Position numbers and translations under genes: made by a program. A stretch of 64,000 bases of DNA, from positions 165,044,001-165,108,000 of the forward strand of contig JBITNC010000001.1 of NCBI GenBank assembly GCA_050084985.1, written 5' to 3'. The notes under the pieces were generated by a model. That model saw only the letters and a list, made by a program, of their open reading frames with translations, made no database searches and was not told the origin of the DNA. Below, one piece after another: positions 51,322 through 64,000 of this stretch. Every line of letters begins with the position of its first letter. The first letter of the stretch is position 1. This DNA comes from Nageia nagi. Lineage: Eukaryota > Plantae > Pinophyta.

Positions 51322-54300
51322 CATGTGTCCCCTCTGGGTTGGTCAAACTAGGGGTCAAATGATGGAGCAAAAACAAGGGCGCATGGTTTTAAAGGAGTGC
51401 AAAAGCATGTGATGAAAAGCATGTGACTAGGCTTTTAAGTACTTAAGCCAAATTCCAAGTTGACACTAAAGCTTAATTCTTGTTCGCACCGTTTTGAAAG
51501 GGTGCTAAAGCATGCATCTTAATCCTTGTGCCTGGGGGTCTGGCACGCTTCCCAAGACCAAAAATTCAAAAAATGTCTTGAAAAATGCAAGTTTGATATA
51601 GGTCACATGTTTTGGAGAGGGTGCTTTATCTCCCTTAGTCCCACGCAATGCTCCAGACAAATTTGCAAACTGAAATATTGAGGCTAACTTCCCTTTTATA
51701 GCCTTTCGGGTAGGACAGGTGTCGCCATATGATAGGTGTGAGAGAGGGTCCAATGCATGAGTCTCCACTTGTCAACAAACTGGACCCAACACTTAGCCAA
51801 TTTTCTCTTCATGAATCTTGGTGCACAGTTTGAGTTGGGTGCAAAAGCACTCACTGGAAAGCATGCGACTAGTCTTGGTTGTCCAAAAAAATGGTTAAGT
51901 CCTTTTCTTCTTGTTTGCATGGATTGAGTAGGGTGCAAAAGGACTCTTTCGAAAACATGCGATAGGCTTTCATGGCCTCAAAAATGACTACAAGATTTCC
52001 TTCTTGGTCACGCCCTTTTGGGTGAGTGCAAAAGCACTCTCCTAAAAACATGCGACAGGTTTTCCACATAAGAAAAATGCTAAGTATAGGGGGTTCAACC
52101 TTGGTCGCACCATTTTGGGTGAGTGCAAAAGCACTCGAAAACATGCGACAAACTGAAAACATAGTTTTTCTTTGCATTTTGACCAAAGTGACACCAAATA
52201 TGAAATGCAATGAGGGAGAGATGAGTGTTTGCAGCATGAATGACCTCTCAAAAGTACAATTCTAAGACACAAAATGCAAGTGACAAGGATGAAAATGCAG
52301 CAGGGGGTTGGTTGCACAGTTTGAGTTGGGTGCAAAAGTACTCACTAAAAAACGTGCGATTGAGGGAAAATGTGCAATTCTGACTTGGCTTGACCATGAA
52401 AGAGCAATTTAAACATGTTTCCTGAAGCTAGACCAAAACATATGCATTTCCTTTGACAAGTTACTTCCATGCATTTCCTTTTTTTATTTCGAGGGTCCTC
52501 AAAATGTAAAATTTTTTGGGGGGTGTTGTGCAAGCACAACAACTCCCTTCACCAACTTAGTAGGGTTTGGATTTCTTTCTCCTTGGGTTTGTTATGACCA
52601 ACATTCACCTATCAACTCCTACAACAAACAACACAAATGACATATAGGAGGGAGCTTCAAGGCTATGTACAATTTTATGAATGATGTGGAAAGAGATGGA
52701 TCAGGATGCTATGAATGCTATCATCAAGTTAAATGACATAGAGAGATCAACCCAAAGAACATAAGTTTATATGCAATTTGTGAGTAATGTTTAACCAAAC
52801 ATCAACACTTTAAAAGATATTCAACATTCTTTTCTTAAAAACTCTAGTGCTTTTCAAAGGAAATGCCCACAATTATCAACACTATTACAAAGAAACACCA
52901 AGCATGTAGCTCAAACTCACAATCCCATTCAATGAAAAGAGTAGAAACTTTTATTGATTATGCCAAGTTTTTACAAAGAGTCTTTGAAATTTTGCACAAA
53001 GTAGCTCTCCTCTCGCAAAATTCTATCATCCTCCTCTCAAAATGAGCCCTCTAAGGCTATTTATAATGTTCCAAAACCCTAATAACTATTTCCTTGATTC
53101 TCCTAGAACTTTGTGAAAATTCACCTTGAAATTGGTGAAATTCACATAAATTATTATTAAAATCAAAACTCTAATTGAAATTAGATCAAATTATATTTAA
53201 ATATTATTGAAATAAAATAAAATGCCAATTAAATGGCAGCATGATAAAATGTTTCCAAAATACCCAGAAATATAAAAGTCTTATTCACACTTATGGGAGC
53301 TAAACCTCATCCATCATAATGTGAAGGAAAATAAGGAAGTCCTTGAAGATTAAAGCAAATATAACCTTCCAACATAAAAAGAACAACTTATAGAAGTCGC
53401 AATAAGAGTGTAATATCTTTTTCAAAGTGGTCTTCCATGAACGCCTCCATCTTCTCTATGCCCCATCTCAAGCGTATCAAAGGCTTTCCGATTTTGGATA
53501 CTCTACTTTGTGATCCTAACTGAGACTTGCTTCTTCTGGTACTCCCATATTGACAGTTCCCATTCATCCTTGAAAGGTCGTTTGGTCGTGAGCATGTTCA
53601 CATCTTGTGTGTTGAGCATGTTGCTAATCATATGTTGGACCTCTTTAGATACTGAGTCTGCCGTTCGTGGTATCCCAAAGTCATCTATGAAGGTGATGCC
53701 AAAGAGGAAATTTGCAAACTATTCTTTGATCTCTTCCTTCTCCTTTGCCATGGTTTTGGCTAAGTCTTGACATTTATCCATTGCATATTTTAACCAATCA
53801 ATGTAAAACCTAAAAGTTATACAATACTCCTTTTAAATTGGTTTATCTTCTAATTTCTAACACAACTCATCTATGTCATCCTAGAATGGGTTCCATATCT
53901 CAAACAATTGAAGAAGTTTTTCGATCTTTGCTTGGACCTTTGCTTCCTCTTCCACAAATCTTGTAATTTTTGAAGACAATTGCCTAATAGTCTCCATGAT
54001 GTCCTTCTTTAATTCTTCTTTCACAACTATCATTCCTATGTTCAAGGAAGCTTGCCTTTTGATGTCATCCGGTTGCATATGTGTTGCTTCAATTTCTTTA
54101 CAAAATTTATTCTTGGCAACTAGCTCCTTTAACTTCCGAATTTCTTGGTCTTTCTTGGTACCTTCTTGTCTTAAAGCTGAGGCATTGACATTAATGTTGT
54201 ACTCATGCCCCTCTAGGCCTATTGGTCCAACCTCAATCTCCTGTGTTTGGGTCTTCCAATCTTGAACACCTTTCGGCCTTCTCTTGTCCGTAGTTGCCCT

Positions 54301-55997
54301 ATTGATAACAATGAAAGATACTTTCATTTGGACGAATGTTTGTGAATCCCAAGGTTGTGAACATTCCCCTTCTTCTGGAATTTCTCCGTCCTCTTCATTG
54401 CTTTCTTCTATTCTTTGTACTTTCAAGTGTTCAAGATATTTATCCAGGAAGGTAGAATCTTTTCCCACATTTTCATCTCCTCTAGGATGACTTGTAGCCA
54501 TAATCATATCTTTCCCTGCATCTTGCCTCAATTTCTTTGTGGTTGTTTGTTCAGTACACCTCCCTCTTCGTTTGCATCATCTCCTTTAGGAATGGATGTT
54601 TGCCTCAATATGCTTAGAGGTCTCTTTTGATGTGGTGAATTGGCCCTAGATTGAGGCGTAGGTGGCTTCCTTGCATTTCTATGTGAAGATGACCTAGAAG
54701 GCATGGGTTTTGAGATTTCTTTATTAGGTGCAGGGTTTTCTTGCATAGACTCCTCTTCCATTTCAGTGTCTCCTTTCGCAACATCTTCTTGATTACCTTC
54801 AATTATGTCTTCCTCAAGGTCACCTTGTAGTTCAACAAACTCACTATTCCTTTTAGGGCCATATGTGGTGCCAAAACTTTGTGAGAAATCTATCCTCTTG
54901 CCTTGTGGACTTGGCCTTGAAGCTCTTTCTCTGGCAAGTCCTTACCTAGTTAACCCTCCAAGTTGATGGTGAGCAATTTTGTTCACTTCCCGGGTATCCT
55001 TGACTTGCATTTGAACCATCTATGCTATGTCTCCCATTGGTTGTTTTAATATCCCCATGGTGGCATACTATCCTATGTACCCTTGCCTTTTTCTCAGGGA
55101 AGAGGTTGATTCCTCCACCACTTTTGATCCTACTGGTACAACCGATGGTGGCTTTTGCATTTTCTTCCCCTTTTCTTCTTCCACATGCCTTGCTTGATTT
55201 CCTCTTCTCTTTTTTAGTTATTGCAGCTTGTATTTTCTTGATGTCTTCTAATCTTATCATGTTCCTGAACCTCTCGTCTGACTCAAGAGGCTTGTGCACA
55301 TATGGTGACCTCTTGTTCTTCTCCATGAAAATTGCTATTTTTCCTTCTGCTTCATAACTTTTGGCCATAGGGAGCTTTTTGAATCTATACAACATCAAAT
55401 CTGTTTTAATGGTCTCAACATCAACCCACTAAGAGCAAGTGTATTCCCCCGACAGTGATAGGTAAGGTTTTCGTGGCAGCTTTCTTCTTCCACACACTAC
55501 CATGCAAATATGCAAATTGATTGCAAAATTCCATCAAGATTGTTCTATTGCTAGTGTGCTTGGGAAGCATGTGTGGAGCCACTTGGAATCCATACACCCT
55601 AATGTATGTATAGTTTGAGTTTTGCAAGTAAACATCGGCATGGCATTTTGAGGGCATCTATGGCTGCGTTTTAAATTCTTTTCACTTGTGCTTCTCCTTT
55701 AATTTCTTTGAGTATCTGGTATTTCCAACTGTTGGTTTTAATGTAATAATGGGAATCTTACTCCCAATCCGCCACTTAGGATAACATCTCCATATTGATA
55801 TTCCTTCCTTAGCAATTTCACATCACCATACGTTGTGGTTGTGTTGCTTTTGACCAAGAGAAAGTAGACCAAGTATGAGTTCATGTAAAACTTCTTTGTT
55901 ACAATTGCCGATATTTGATTTTTCAAGGCTTCATTGATCATTAAACCCAAACTTATCTTCTTTCCTCGTCCAATCAAAAATATGGAGGTGAAGAACT

Positions 55998-58900
55998 TGT
56001 TGGTATGTTTTTCTTTCCTCGCCCAAAACATGCACAAGACTGGGAGGAAACAACGTTACTTGTTTCCACTTGAAAGGATTGGTTACCCCAAGCGCTCACA
56101 TGGAATATGTACTAGTGCACAATGGTTAAAGATGCATGTTGTTAACCGTATACAAGGGAAATACACTGTCGGAATTCGTTTTCCACAAAGAGAAAAGACT
56201 GCAAATGTGAACAAAAGCGAAGAAAGATCACAAATGCAGGGATAAATGCATAGGAATATGAGTAATGAACTTATCAAGGAATCACCAATGATGCATTGTC
56301 TCGGTAGGTCATCTCCGAATTCATTAAGAAAATGTACTCACTTATCAAGCCAGACAACAAATAGCAAAAGGGCTCAAGTTACTACCAAACAAGAGCAAGA
56401 AGCTGTAGGGTCTTGGTGGAAGACTGGATGGAATAGGATGAAGGGAAATGACCAACATGTGAATACATGAATCTAGCCGAATGACATAGAGATAAGCTAT
56501 ATGCCCTATAATACATTCACTTATGCACAAACCATGCAATGAATAACTTAAACCACTTCAAAAGATATTCAATTAGCTTTTCTTAAAACTCGCAATTTTC
56601 AATGAAAATGAACTTAAGCAGTAAAATCACTCAAACCAGCAAGAGAGTCTCATAGGATAATATGCATGATCCCACAAATGATAATCTTCATAGTATTAAC
56701 TTTATAGAACTATTCTAGAAAGAAATAAACTCATAATGATATTGCATAGCATGAACAGAAGCATTCCTTTCTTTATTGCAATGATCTCAATATGATATTC
56801 AACATGAAATAGAGAGATGACAATATACATCCATGATACACAAAGAATCCCTTATGCATTAAATCAACATTATGCAAAAATCCTCGGTTTTAGCAGATGC
56901 AATAGTCTCATGCAATCATCATTATGCATAAATCCTTGGTTTTAGCAGATGCAATAGTCTCATGCAATCAACATTATACAAAATCCTCGGTTTTAGCAGA
57001 TGCAATAGTCTCATTCAATCAACATTATGCAAAATCCTCTTCTAAATGGCCTGAATGGAGTATAAATAGGCCACTAGAAATGTTTCCCTAAAGGCATCAA
57101 ATCTCATATGGTGTGCACACAGGCAACACACAAACTGATACAAAATTTGATTGTTCACAAAAAAATGATTCAAGTGGCCACGGCCGCAATGCATTTAATC
57201 TAATCTCTAACCTATGCAAAAGAAAATCAGTATGCAATAAATGTTTAAATTCTGAACTGGCGGGAGCAAGACCTCATCCCTGCACTGATTGGAACCATTA
57301 ATAAGTTTGACAGATTTGATCTGGCGGGAGCAAAACCTCATTCCTACACCAGTCAAGTGGAGTAAATAAAGCTTGACAAACAATGACCACCATCAATATG
57401 CATTAAAACAAAGAAGGATTATCGTAGATAGAATCTGCGAGTGGATTCAAATCTAGGCCAGACTTGACCCGGTACTGGTGAAATTCCACTCCTCGGTGGT
57501 GAGATCGTACGACTCAATGGTCTCTTCCAAGAACACTACGGTCTTCCGTACTCCTCTAGAAACCATTCCAATGATGCTACCGTTTTTTCGGAAATAGTCC
57601 CCAATCTGCTTGGATGTAGCCCGCATTTTATACTTCCAGATGATTATCTAGCTTTCATGGATGATAGGATGCCTTGCCTTTAACAAACTGAGGTCTTCGA
57701 CATCTAGATGCTCCTAGATTAGGTTTTGGGCCTCTGCCAATACTGCTTCTTTCTTGCGCATGCTACTATCCTCCCCTTGAAATCTAAGTTAGTGTACATA
57801 TCTGCTCATCAGCTCCTGTACTTATCTCAAAGGGACCTGGATTTTCAAGATGACATTGCATGCTTCAACCAATCGTGTTGATACATAAACTCATAGCAAT
57901 ATACCAATTTTTCGGGTCTATCAACGAAGATCTGCTGTAGATGGGTGATGTTTGGGAGATAACCATCTAGCTTCTTGAGGTGTGCCGTTATCTGGGACTT
58001 GAGTTCCTGGATTCCAACACCTTCCTCGAGGAGGCTATATATTTGAGAAGATAACTTCTCAATAGTCTCCATCATCTCCTTATTCAGTTGGTCCTTCATC
58101 AGCTCCCATCCTTCATGGAACGAGGCTTGTTTCTTCAAGTCGAAAGGGGTGGTGTTAATGGTCTGGAACTCCTTAATGATTTTCCTGCTAGCCGTGAGTT
58201 CCCTTTTGAGCCTCTTCATCTCCTTCTTGGCTTCGTAGCCTTCTTGTTCCATGAAAACGACGTTCTAGGTCACAATGTGCTTACGGGTTCAGATTAACTT
58301 GATGGGCATCTTAAATGTCTCGATCATGTAGTCCTCGGGCCTTTGAGGATGTTTCTCCTTGGAGTAACAGTGATTGATGGAGATCTCTTTCCGAGTAGTA
58401 GAAACAAAAGTATCAACTCTTCTAACCTTCTCACCATCGGAAAGCTCCTCTTCTTCATCCTCAGATCTCAAGTCCTATCTATTTCTTCATCATGAGCTGT
58501 ACTCATACTCAAGGCTCTAAGGCAAGCATCTAAGTCAAGATCCAGATGCTTGATTGTTGGCTTGGGAGGGAGCCTCTACTCTAGCACTCAGCATCTTTTG
58601 ATCTTCTTCACTTCTTTCGTAGGAGTGGTCTGAACAAGGGCGACTTCCTTTCCCTGGTGTTTGTCTTGCTTTCTGTTCTTCTTATGTTCTTTGGTCTCCC
58701 CTTCATCTTCTTCATCACCACCACTACCACCTATTGATATACCTTTCTTTCTTGGCTGAGGAGATCCTTCATGGCTAGTCCTCTTCACAGAGGGCTTTTG
58801 AGAAGACGAGGACGACCTCTTTCTGTGTTCGGCAGGAGAGGGTTTGGAAGCACCCACCTCTTTGGTACACTTCACTCCGACGATTTGGACTTCATCATCA

Positions 58901-59030
58901 TAAGTCCCAATGTCTATGATCTGGTCATCATCATCATCTGGGAGAGTTTTAATCTTCGTCTCATCAGATGCCTTTCCATCTTAAGTTCTGTTTGTGTAGC
59001 AATCATGGTTTGCATCTCATGTGTGACCTA
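55998..59030 (-). mobile_element. Second, truncated copy of the 43417-type element with ORF remnant (about 57500-59000)
   Basis: TGTTGGTATGTTTT..CTTTCCT...CAAAACATGCACAAGACT is colinear with 43417-45480. LVYCYEFMYQHDWLKHA parallels VYCHEFTYHHDWLNHA. Confidence 0.82.
56862..57040. repeat. About 52-bp tandem repeat, about 3.4 copies
   Basis: AATCAACATTATGCAAAATCCTCGGTTTTAGCAGATGCAATAGTCTCATGC is repeated nearly perfectly. Confidence 0.92.
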
Positions 59031-59039
59031 GGTAGGTGC

Positions 59040-59900
59040 AACATTACAAAGCACTACATCATTACCTGGTATCCTTGGAAGATGTTATTTGAATCTATTG
59101 ATACCAACCCTATTACCTATTTTGCAATAATTGCAAATCACTTCATTTGGATTTTTACCCTTTGTGCCATGCTTCCAAGCAACATCTGTCCTTGGGGCTA
59201 GGGGTGGGGCTTGAGGAAGAGGTGCATCTGCATGGCACTTATCTTCAATTGCCCGCTGGAAAGTGCATAAAAAGTATAAAACCAATTAAAAACCCTAACC
59301 CTAAACCCTAAAAAATAACAAAATATGAAAAACAAAAAATACCCTTTTGAAATATGGGCATTAACATAAACACACAAAGAAAAAAAAATCCATGATGAAA
59401 ATTGAAAAAACAAATCCTACCTCTTCAAATGCACGATGAGAATGAAAAAACTCTCAATCGGATCACTAAATTGTGTCAAATCTTTGGTGAAATGCTTGAA
59501 ATCCACGGTGAAGCTCTTCAGAATGATGGTGATCCTTCAAATTCATCACAAACTGGCTTGGAGAGCAAAAGAGTGTGCAAACTGGGTGAAATGACCAAAA
59601 TGAGGGAGGAAATTAGTTTTTGAAGGCAAATTGTGCTTTTTTCCAAAAGTCAGGGTTCTGTTTTGTTACTAGCTGAGTAATAGGAGGATTCTGGTGGATT
59701 TGCAGGTCAAAAACTCGCCGAAACTTGCTGAATATCTGTCTGTCATTTTTTGCCCTAAATCGTGTTCTGTTTTCTCCCTAGTCTATTTCTCGCTAGTTTC
59801 TCATGGATTTTGACCCTGATTACTCGCCAGAAAACCGCCTGAATTTGCCTGTGCTGGATTTACACCCTTCCAAACTTGGCCCATATCCAACTCGTGCTTT
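59040..59900 (-). mobile_element. 5' fragment of another hAT element (BED-finger remnant)
   Basis: RTDVAWKHGTKGKNPNEVICNYC...GINRFK parallels KKDAAWKY...VICLFC...GGINRLK. ACTCGCC subterminal motifs at about 59712 and 59822. Confidence 0.72.
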
Positions 59901-59956
59901 CTTGCGGATTTTTGAACCAGCATTCTTTCTACCTCAAAACTGAAAGGAGACTAGGT

Positions 59957-60750
59957 GTAGACACTTAAAATTGCATTTATCTAAAATGACATGAAGTGAT
60001 TTACCATAATTATGCAAAAATGCCAATTTGGGCCCACTCGGGCTATTTCGAAACAACTTAAGCAAAATCTTCTAATTTAGTATTGTGTTATGTGTATGTC
60101 AGCCTAGATGGTTACACCTAGACAAATTCAAAATTAGGTTTCTCAAATCTATGCAAGGCAAAAGAAAAAGAAAAAGCCTATTTCAGAACAAATGACATAT
60201 TAGGGTATCTCATAACCATATTGGGATTTAACATCCAAGGTTTTACATACTCCTGCTTACAAAAGTTCTATTGCTAACATCTTCTACAAGATTGATCATA
60301 TTTTTCTCTAGCATTTCCTTGAGTCAAATTCACTTGTATCGAAACTGAAATCTGCAAGGCAAACACATATTGATATTTTTGCAAAATTCATCCTGACACA
60401 TCAACGGAAAGCTTCCTTATTCTAAAATCCGAAAAATCCCAAAACGTGGCCATTCTAGTCTCTAGACCTTACATACTAAAACATGGGTGATTTAGCTTCT
60501 GAGCCAAATTGACTCCAAATCAATTTCAGGAGCCAAACCCAACCCAGTATTGCTCGCTTGTCATCTAATCACTCTAGAATGCCAAGATTCGTCCTCAAAG
60601 ATCACAAGCTATCCACTAGCTTACCTTCAATCTGCAAGCTCTTGATAACTCTTCTTTGTATCTTCTCTTGTGAGTCTGCAAGTTGTTTGTAACCTTATTT
60701 TGCCCAAACAATGATTTGACTTTAAAACATAAATTACTTTTTCACCATTA
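59957..60750 (+). mobile_element. Probable LTR fragment
   Basis: TGTAGACACTTAAAATTG start and LTR-like composition. No matching end or TSD found. Confidence 0.35.
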
Positions 60751-60934
60751 TTTCTTTATATAATACTTTTCTTTGATTTCATTAACAATCAGATTTAGTT
60801 TTGGGATGAATGCCAAGGCTCTGGCATTGGATAATGGCCTTTTATATTATGACCTTAAGAGTGTTTAATGCTAATATGTATAATAAATTCATTTGTATTA
60901 CAGGTAACTTGATCTTATAGTTTGTTTTTGGCAG

Positions 60935-61005
60935 ATATGACTGGGCAGCTAAAAGGAGTTTCCAAGGAGGGTATTTCTTGTGGACCATGATCGGCTATGG
61001 GTTTG
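60935..61005 (+). CDS. SPPL: SPPL gene, 71-nt exon
   Basis: ggcag|A-YDWAAKRSFQGGYFLWTMIGYGF-G|gtaag. Phase is compatible with the previous exon across an 18,919-bp intron. Confidence 0.95.
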
Positions 61006-62084
61006 GTAAGTACAGTCACCATAAAAGGGAGAAATTATCTTAACTGTCACTAGCAAAAATTTGACAGGACAATTACTTCACAAGCATTGTGGAGTCTAGA
61101 CAGGAAGAATGTGGTTCTAGAAACATGTTAAGGATTATCCAATTTCATACAAATCCTATCTATCATGTCTTGAGATTGTTGAAATAAATTCAAGTTTTTG
61201 TTGTGATCTGCGAATTATCTTTAGATTGCATTTCTTTCTTAACTGGTCTGTAGTGAATCAAACCCAAATTGAAAACATCGATTGACACAGGGCTGTAAGC
61301 TCGCTGAGGTTTAAACATGGGTGGCTTCCATGGTGATACCTCATTTCAACTAGTAGACCATAGGGTCTACTGGACTCTCTTAACAAATCATGGAACATAA
61401 GGTTCCTTACTAAAAATTAGGATTCCTTTCAACGATAGCTATAAGATCAAAACTTTAGTATAGGGATTACTAGATTGATTAAAAATATTTAAAATACAGA
61501 AAGAAGCAAAAGGAAAAGATTATTCTGTTGAAATGCAATGTACTTTTGGTCCTAGCTTGCCTACAGGACAACTTTTGGATGTACACTCCATTATAATTTT
61601 ATTAGACCCACTATAATGTATTGCGTAATTTTATATTCTAAGTTGTGTTGTTGGAGTCAAGGTTCAGATCGGTTGCCTGCTTACCCACTCGGACTATTGT
61701 CTCTCCCTCTCCTAGTGTGCCGATTGATAAGCGAGCAGATTCTATGCCCCATAATATAGATGTGGATCCAGATGTAGTTCCGTCAGTATCCCCTTGGTGG
61801 ACATTTGAATGTTGTAGATGGTTTAAGAATCTTGATTGCTAAATAAGCGAACCACTATTCCTGTTTCACATCATGCATTGTAGCATCTATAATCTTATGC
61901 TGTGTGAGATCCCCTGGACTAGCTACCACTTGGACCTAGGACCTTCTGAATATCAGAACAAGCACTCTTTGGTTTACTATCCTTAAGCATTTATATTAGA
62001 TTGTGGATTGACCTGCAACACTTTCCCTCGAGCCACAAACTGGCTTGAGCACACCTGCCTAGTTCTCATACCATGGTCTTATTC

Positions 62085-62152
62085 ACCAGCTGGGACGTGA
62101 ACCTATGACCTTCTGAATACTAAATAGGCTCTCTGCCACCAACCTGTCAGTC
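62085..62152 (-). mobile_element. tRNA-like/SINE head remnant, with a related copy at about 61915-61975
   Basis: Minus strand reads ...GGTTGGTGGCAGAG...TATTCAGAAGGTCATAGGTTCACGTCCCAGC, which has a box-B-like motif. ACCTA.GACCTTCTGAATA is shared by both copies. Confidence 0.45.
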
Positions 62153-62732
62153 CAATTGTTTGAACATTTTTCCCGGAGTGTTGATTGATCTCTGGTACGC
62201 TGATCATCAATGTTGTCAAAGTATTGCAATAGAGAACTCTTTTATCTTTCTTTTTTTTATCATCTTCTTGCATGGATATTGGAGTGTTATACTGTAATTC
62301 TCTATAGGTACTGCAGTGCCTTTATGGAAATGCTTGGATGTTTTAATGCTCACATTGGTTATTTCCTTTTGTGATATAACAAATATGTGGTATAATTGTG
62401 TTTATTTTATTTTGGCACTGTATGCAAATTTCAAACTGATTTTTATTCCACATTTAAAACAATTTCTCTTCAAGATTTCGTCTGGCTGAAATGAACACAT
62501 TAACTCTCTCAATTCTGTAGTTGCATCTGCCATATCTAAATAGACAAATCAATGAATGAATTGAAAGATAGTTATAAATGGATAGAAAAGTTGACATATA
62601 ATTCACGAGTCCAACCATCCATGCTCCAAAAATGATTAGAATATTTCTTGGACCTATTTTTTATGGAGATTGCCAAGTACGTATCCTGTGGAAATTCTAC
62701 TATAAAAATATGACAAATGGACTGTTCTGCAG

Positions 62733-62816
62733 GTCTATTTATCACATATGTTGCGCTGAATCTGATGGATGGAAATGGCCAGCCAGCTCTTCTTTATATC
62801 GTTCCTTGTACCCTTG
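62733..62816 (+). CDS. SPPL: SPPL gene, exon with PAL motif
   Basis: tgcag|(G)[28 protein letters not shown]|gtat. QPALLY is the SPP/SPPL signature. Confidence 0.97.
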
Positions 62817-62915
62817 GTATATTTGTCCCTTTGTAGGTTTTCTTTAGTGTGCTTTGAAATCCATTATCAAACTTTGTTACTATTGTTATGCTTATTAAAC
62901 GTTGGAATTGTGCAG

Positions 62916-63022
62916 GAACTGTCCTGAGTTTGGGGTGGTGGCGAGGTGAGCTGGGTATTTTATGGTCAAAGGGGGAGCCTCAAATGGCTTGTCCACATGT
63001 AAAGCCGAAAGTTGGGACATAA
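62916..63022 (+). CDS. SPPL: SPPL gene, last coding exon
   Basis: tgcag|(G)TVLSLGWWRGELGILWSKGEPQMACPHVKPKVGT-TAA. This resembles the plant SPPL2/4 C-terminus (GEP..CPH). Confidence 0.95.
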
Positions 63023-64000
63023 ATCCAATAGTGGTGTTATTGATGCAGCTTGAACTACATTCAAAACTGGGTATCTTGCCTCTACGCATGTGCTCAAATT
63101 GGAAACACTAATACTTCCCATTTTGGATTCTTATACGGTACCCACAGACAACAGTTAACGTGTTTCATCTCTTGTGACAGATATTACTGCTGATTGTATT
63201 CAAGATAGCTTCACCCAAGGCTTACGAATGATGTTAAATCAGACATTCCAAGCCTGTATATTGTATTTTATTTCTAGTACGGATGTGGCCATTTTGAAAT
63301 TGTTTATAAGTATATTATATGTTTTTACGAGAGAAGGATACCATAAATTTTTTTTATGTTAAAGTCGGAGTTCTTCTAATGTTAGGAAGTAATGTTGATT
63401 GTTTATTTGACATTATTCCCAGAAGCTACTATGGCCCTTCTTGTTGTATGTTTATATGATGAATTCTCAATTCTGAATCTTCTACTGATATCAGATTTGG
63501 TGTATAGATTTAAAAGGTCAAATTGGCCAAAATAATGCATGGCCAAAACCAGTCATATTATGCTAGCAATTAATAGAAGTTGTATTTTATTTGAAGATAT
63601 CTTTGTAAAAATTGGTTCAAAGTCTAGGCCTCCATATATCCTCCCCACCATCGAAAATACCCTTCTGCTTTTAGTCTGTAGTTACAAGTGTTGTGACACT
63701 TTTTTTTCTTTTCATGTCCTACACAGCGATGCCTAAATATATGAATTGTATTGTTTCACCCTATTTTTGTGGACTGCATTTATATGGAGGTCTTCTGTTT
63801 CACCCTTTGACCTGCATACATACTATAGGAAGATCCTATTTTCGTAAGATTGATACAATAAAGTTGAACCATCCAATAAAATTAATTTTGTTGAATACAA
63901 AAGTAACTAGACTCTTTGTAAGAAATAACTCAGCATAGCCAGGTAGTTTTTCATGGACTCGGCATCAACTTACTAAAACTTGAGAATCAAAAATGAAAAA

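Larger units (their letters stand above)
43417..52541 (-). mobile_element. Giant solo-LTR-like element (about 5.2 kb native) containing an ORF remnant (about 44900-46730)
   Basis: Termini TGTTGG...CACAACA, TSD ACTCT/ACTCC. The right end is the reverse complement of the family start TGTTGTG...CACAACAC. ORF remnants REEFLPVVAKLITLL and FYMNSYLVYLL. No gag-pol motif seen. Confidence 0.75.
42928..55997 (-). mobile_element. Outer LTR-like element with degenerate ORF (about 53400-55990), host to nested elements; right end lost
   Basis: TGTTG terminus at 42928. It resumes after 52546 and has a TATAAATAG box on the minus strand at about 53060. ORF remnants FYMNSYLVYFLL and YTYIRVYGFQVAPHMLP. Confidence 0.6.

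Overview
AT-rich, CpG-depleted plant nuclear DNA, inferred to be from a large-genome gymnosperm (conifer-like). The only host gene is the 3' part of a signal peptide peptidase-like (SPPL, GxGD aspartyl intramembrane protease) gene on the + strand. Seven short exons (13628-63022) splice in frame across a 26.5-kb and an 18.9-kb intron, and the upstream intron is probably longer than 13.6 kb. The introns are stacks of nested transposons, many with readable termini and target-site duplications (TSDs). They include: a copia element containing a full-length non-L1-type LINE, which in turn contains two solo LTRs and an apparently intact hAT DNA transposon (5 coding exons, 776-aa transposase); a tRNA-derived SINE whose 3' stem-loop and (TTTC)n tail match that LINE; a poly(A)-tailed, TSD-flanked retroposon carrying only a non-RT ORF; and a family of 3-5 kb TGTTG...CAACA solo-LTR-like elements, some with a 183-bp internal tandem array and some with protein-coding remnants. 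All coordinates were read by eye. No database search was run.
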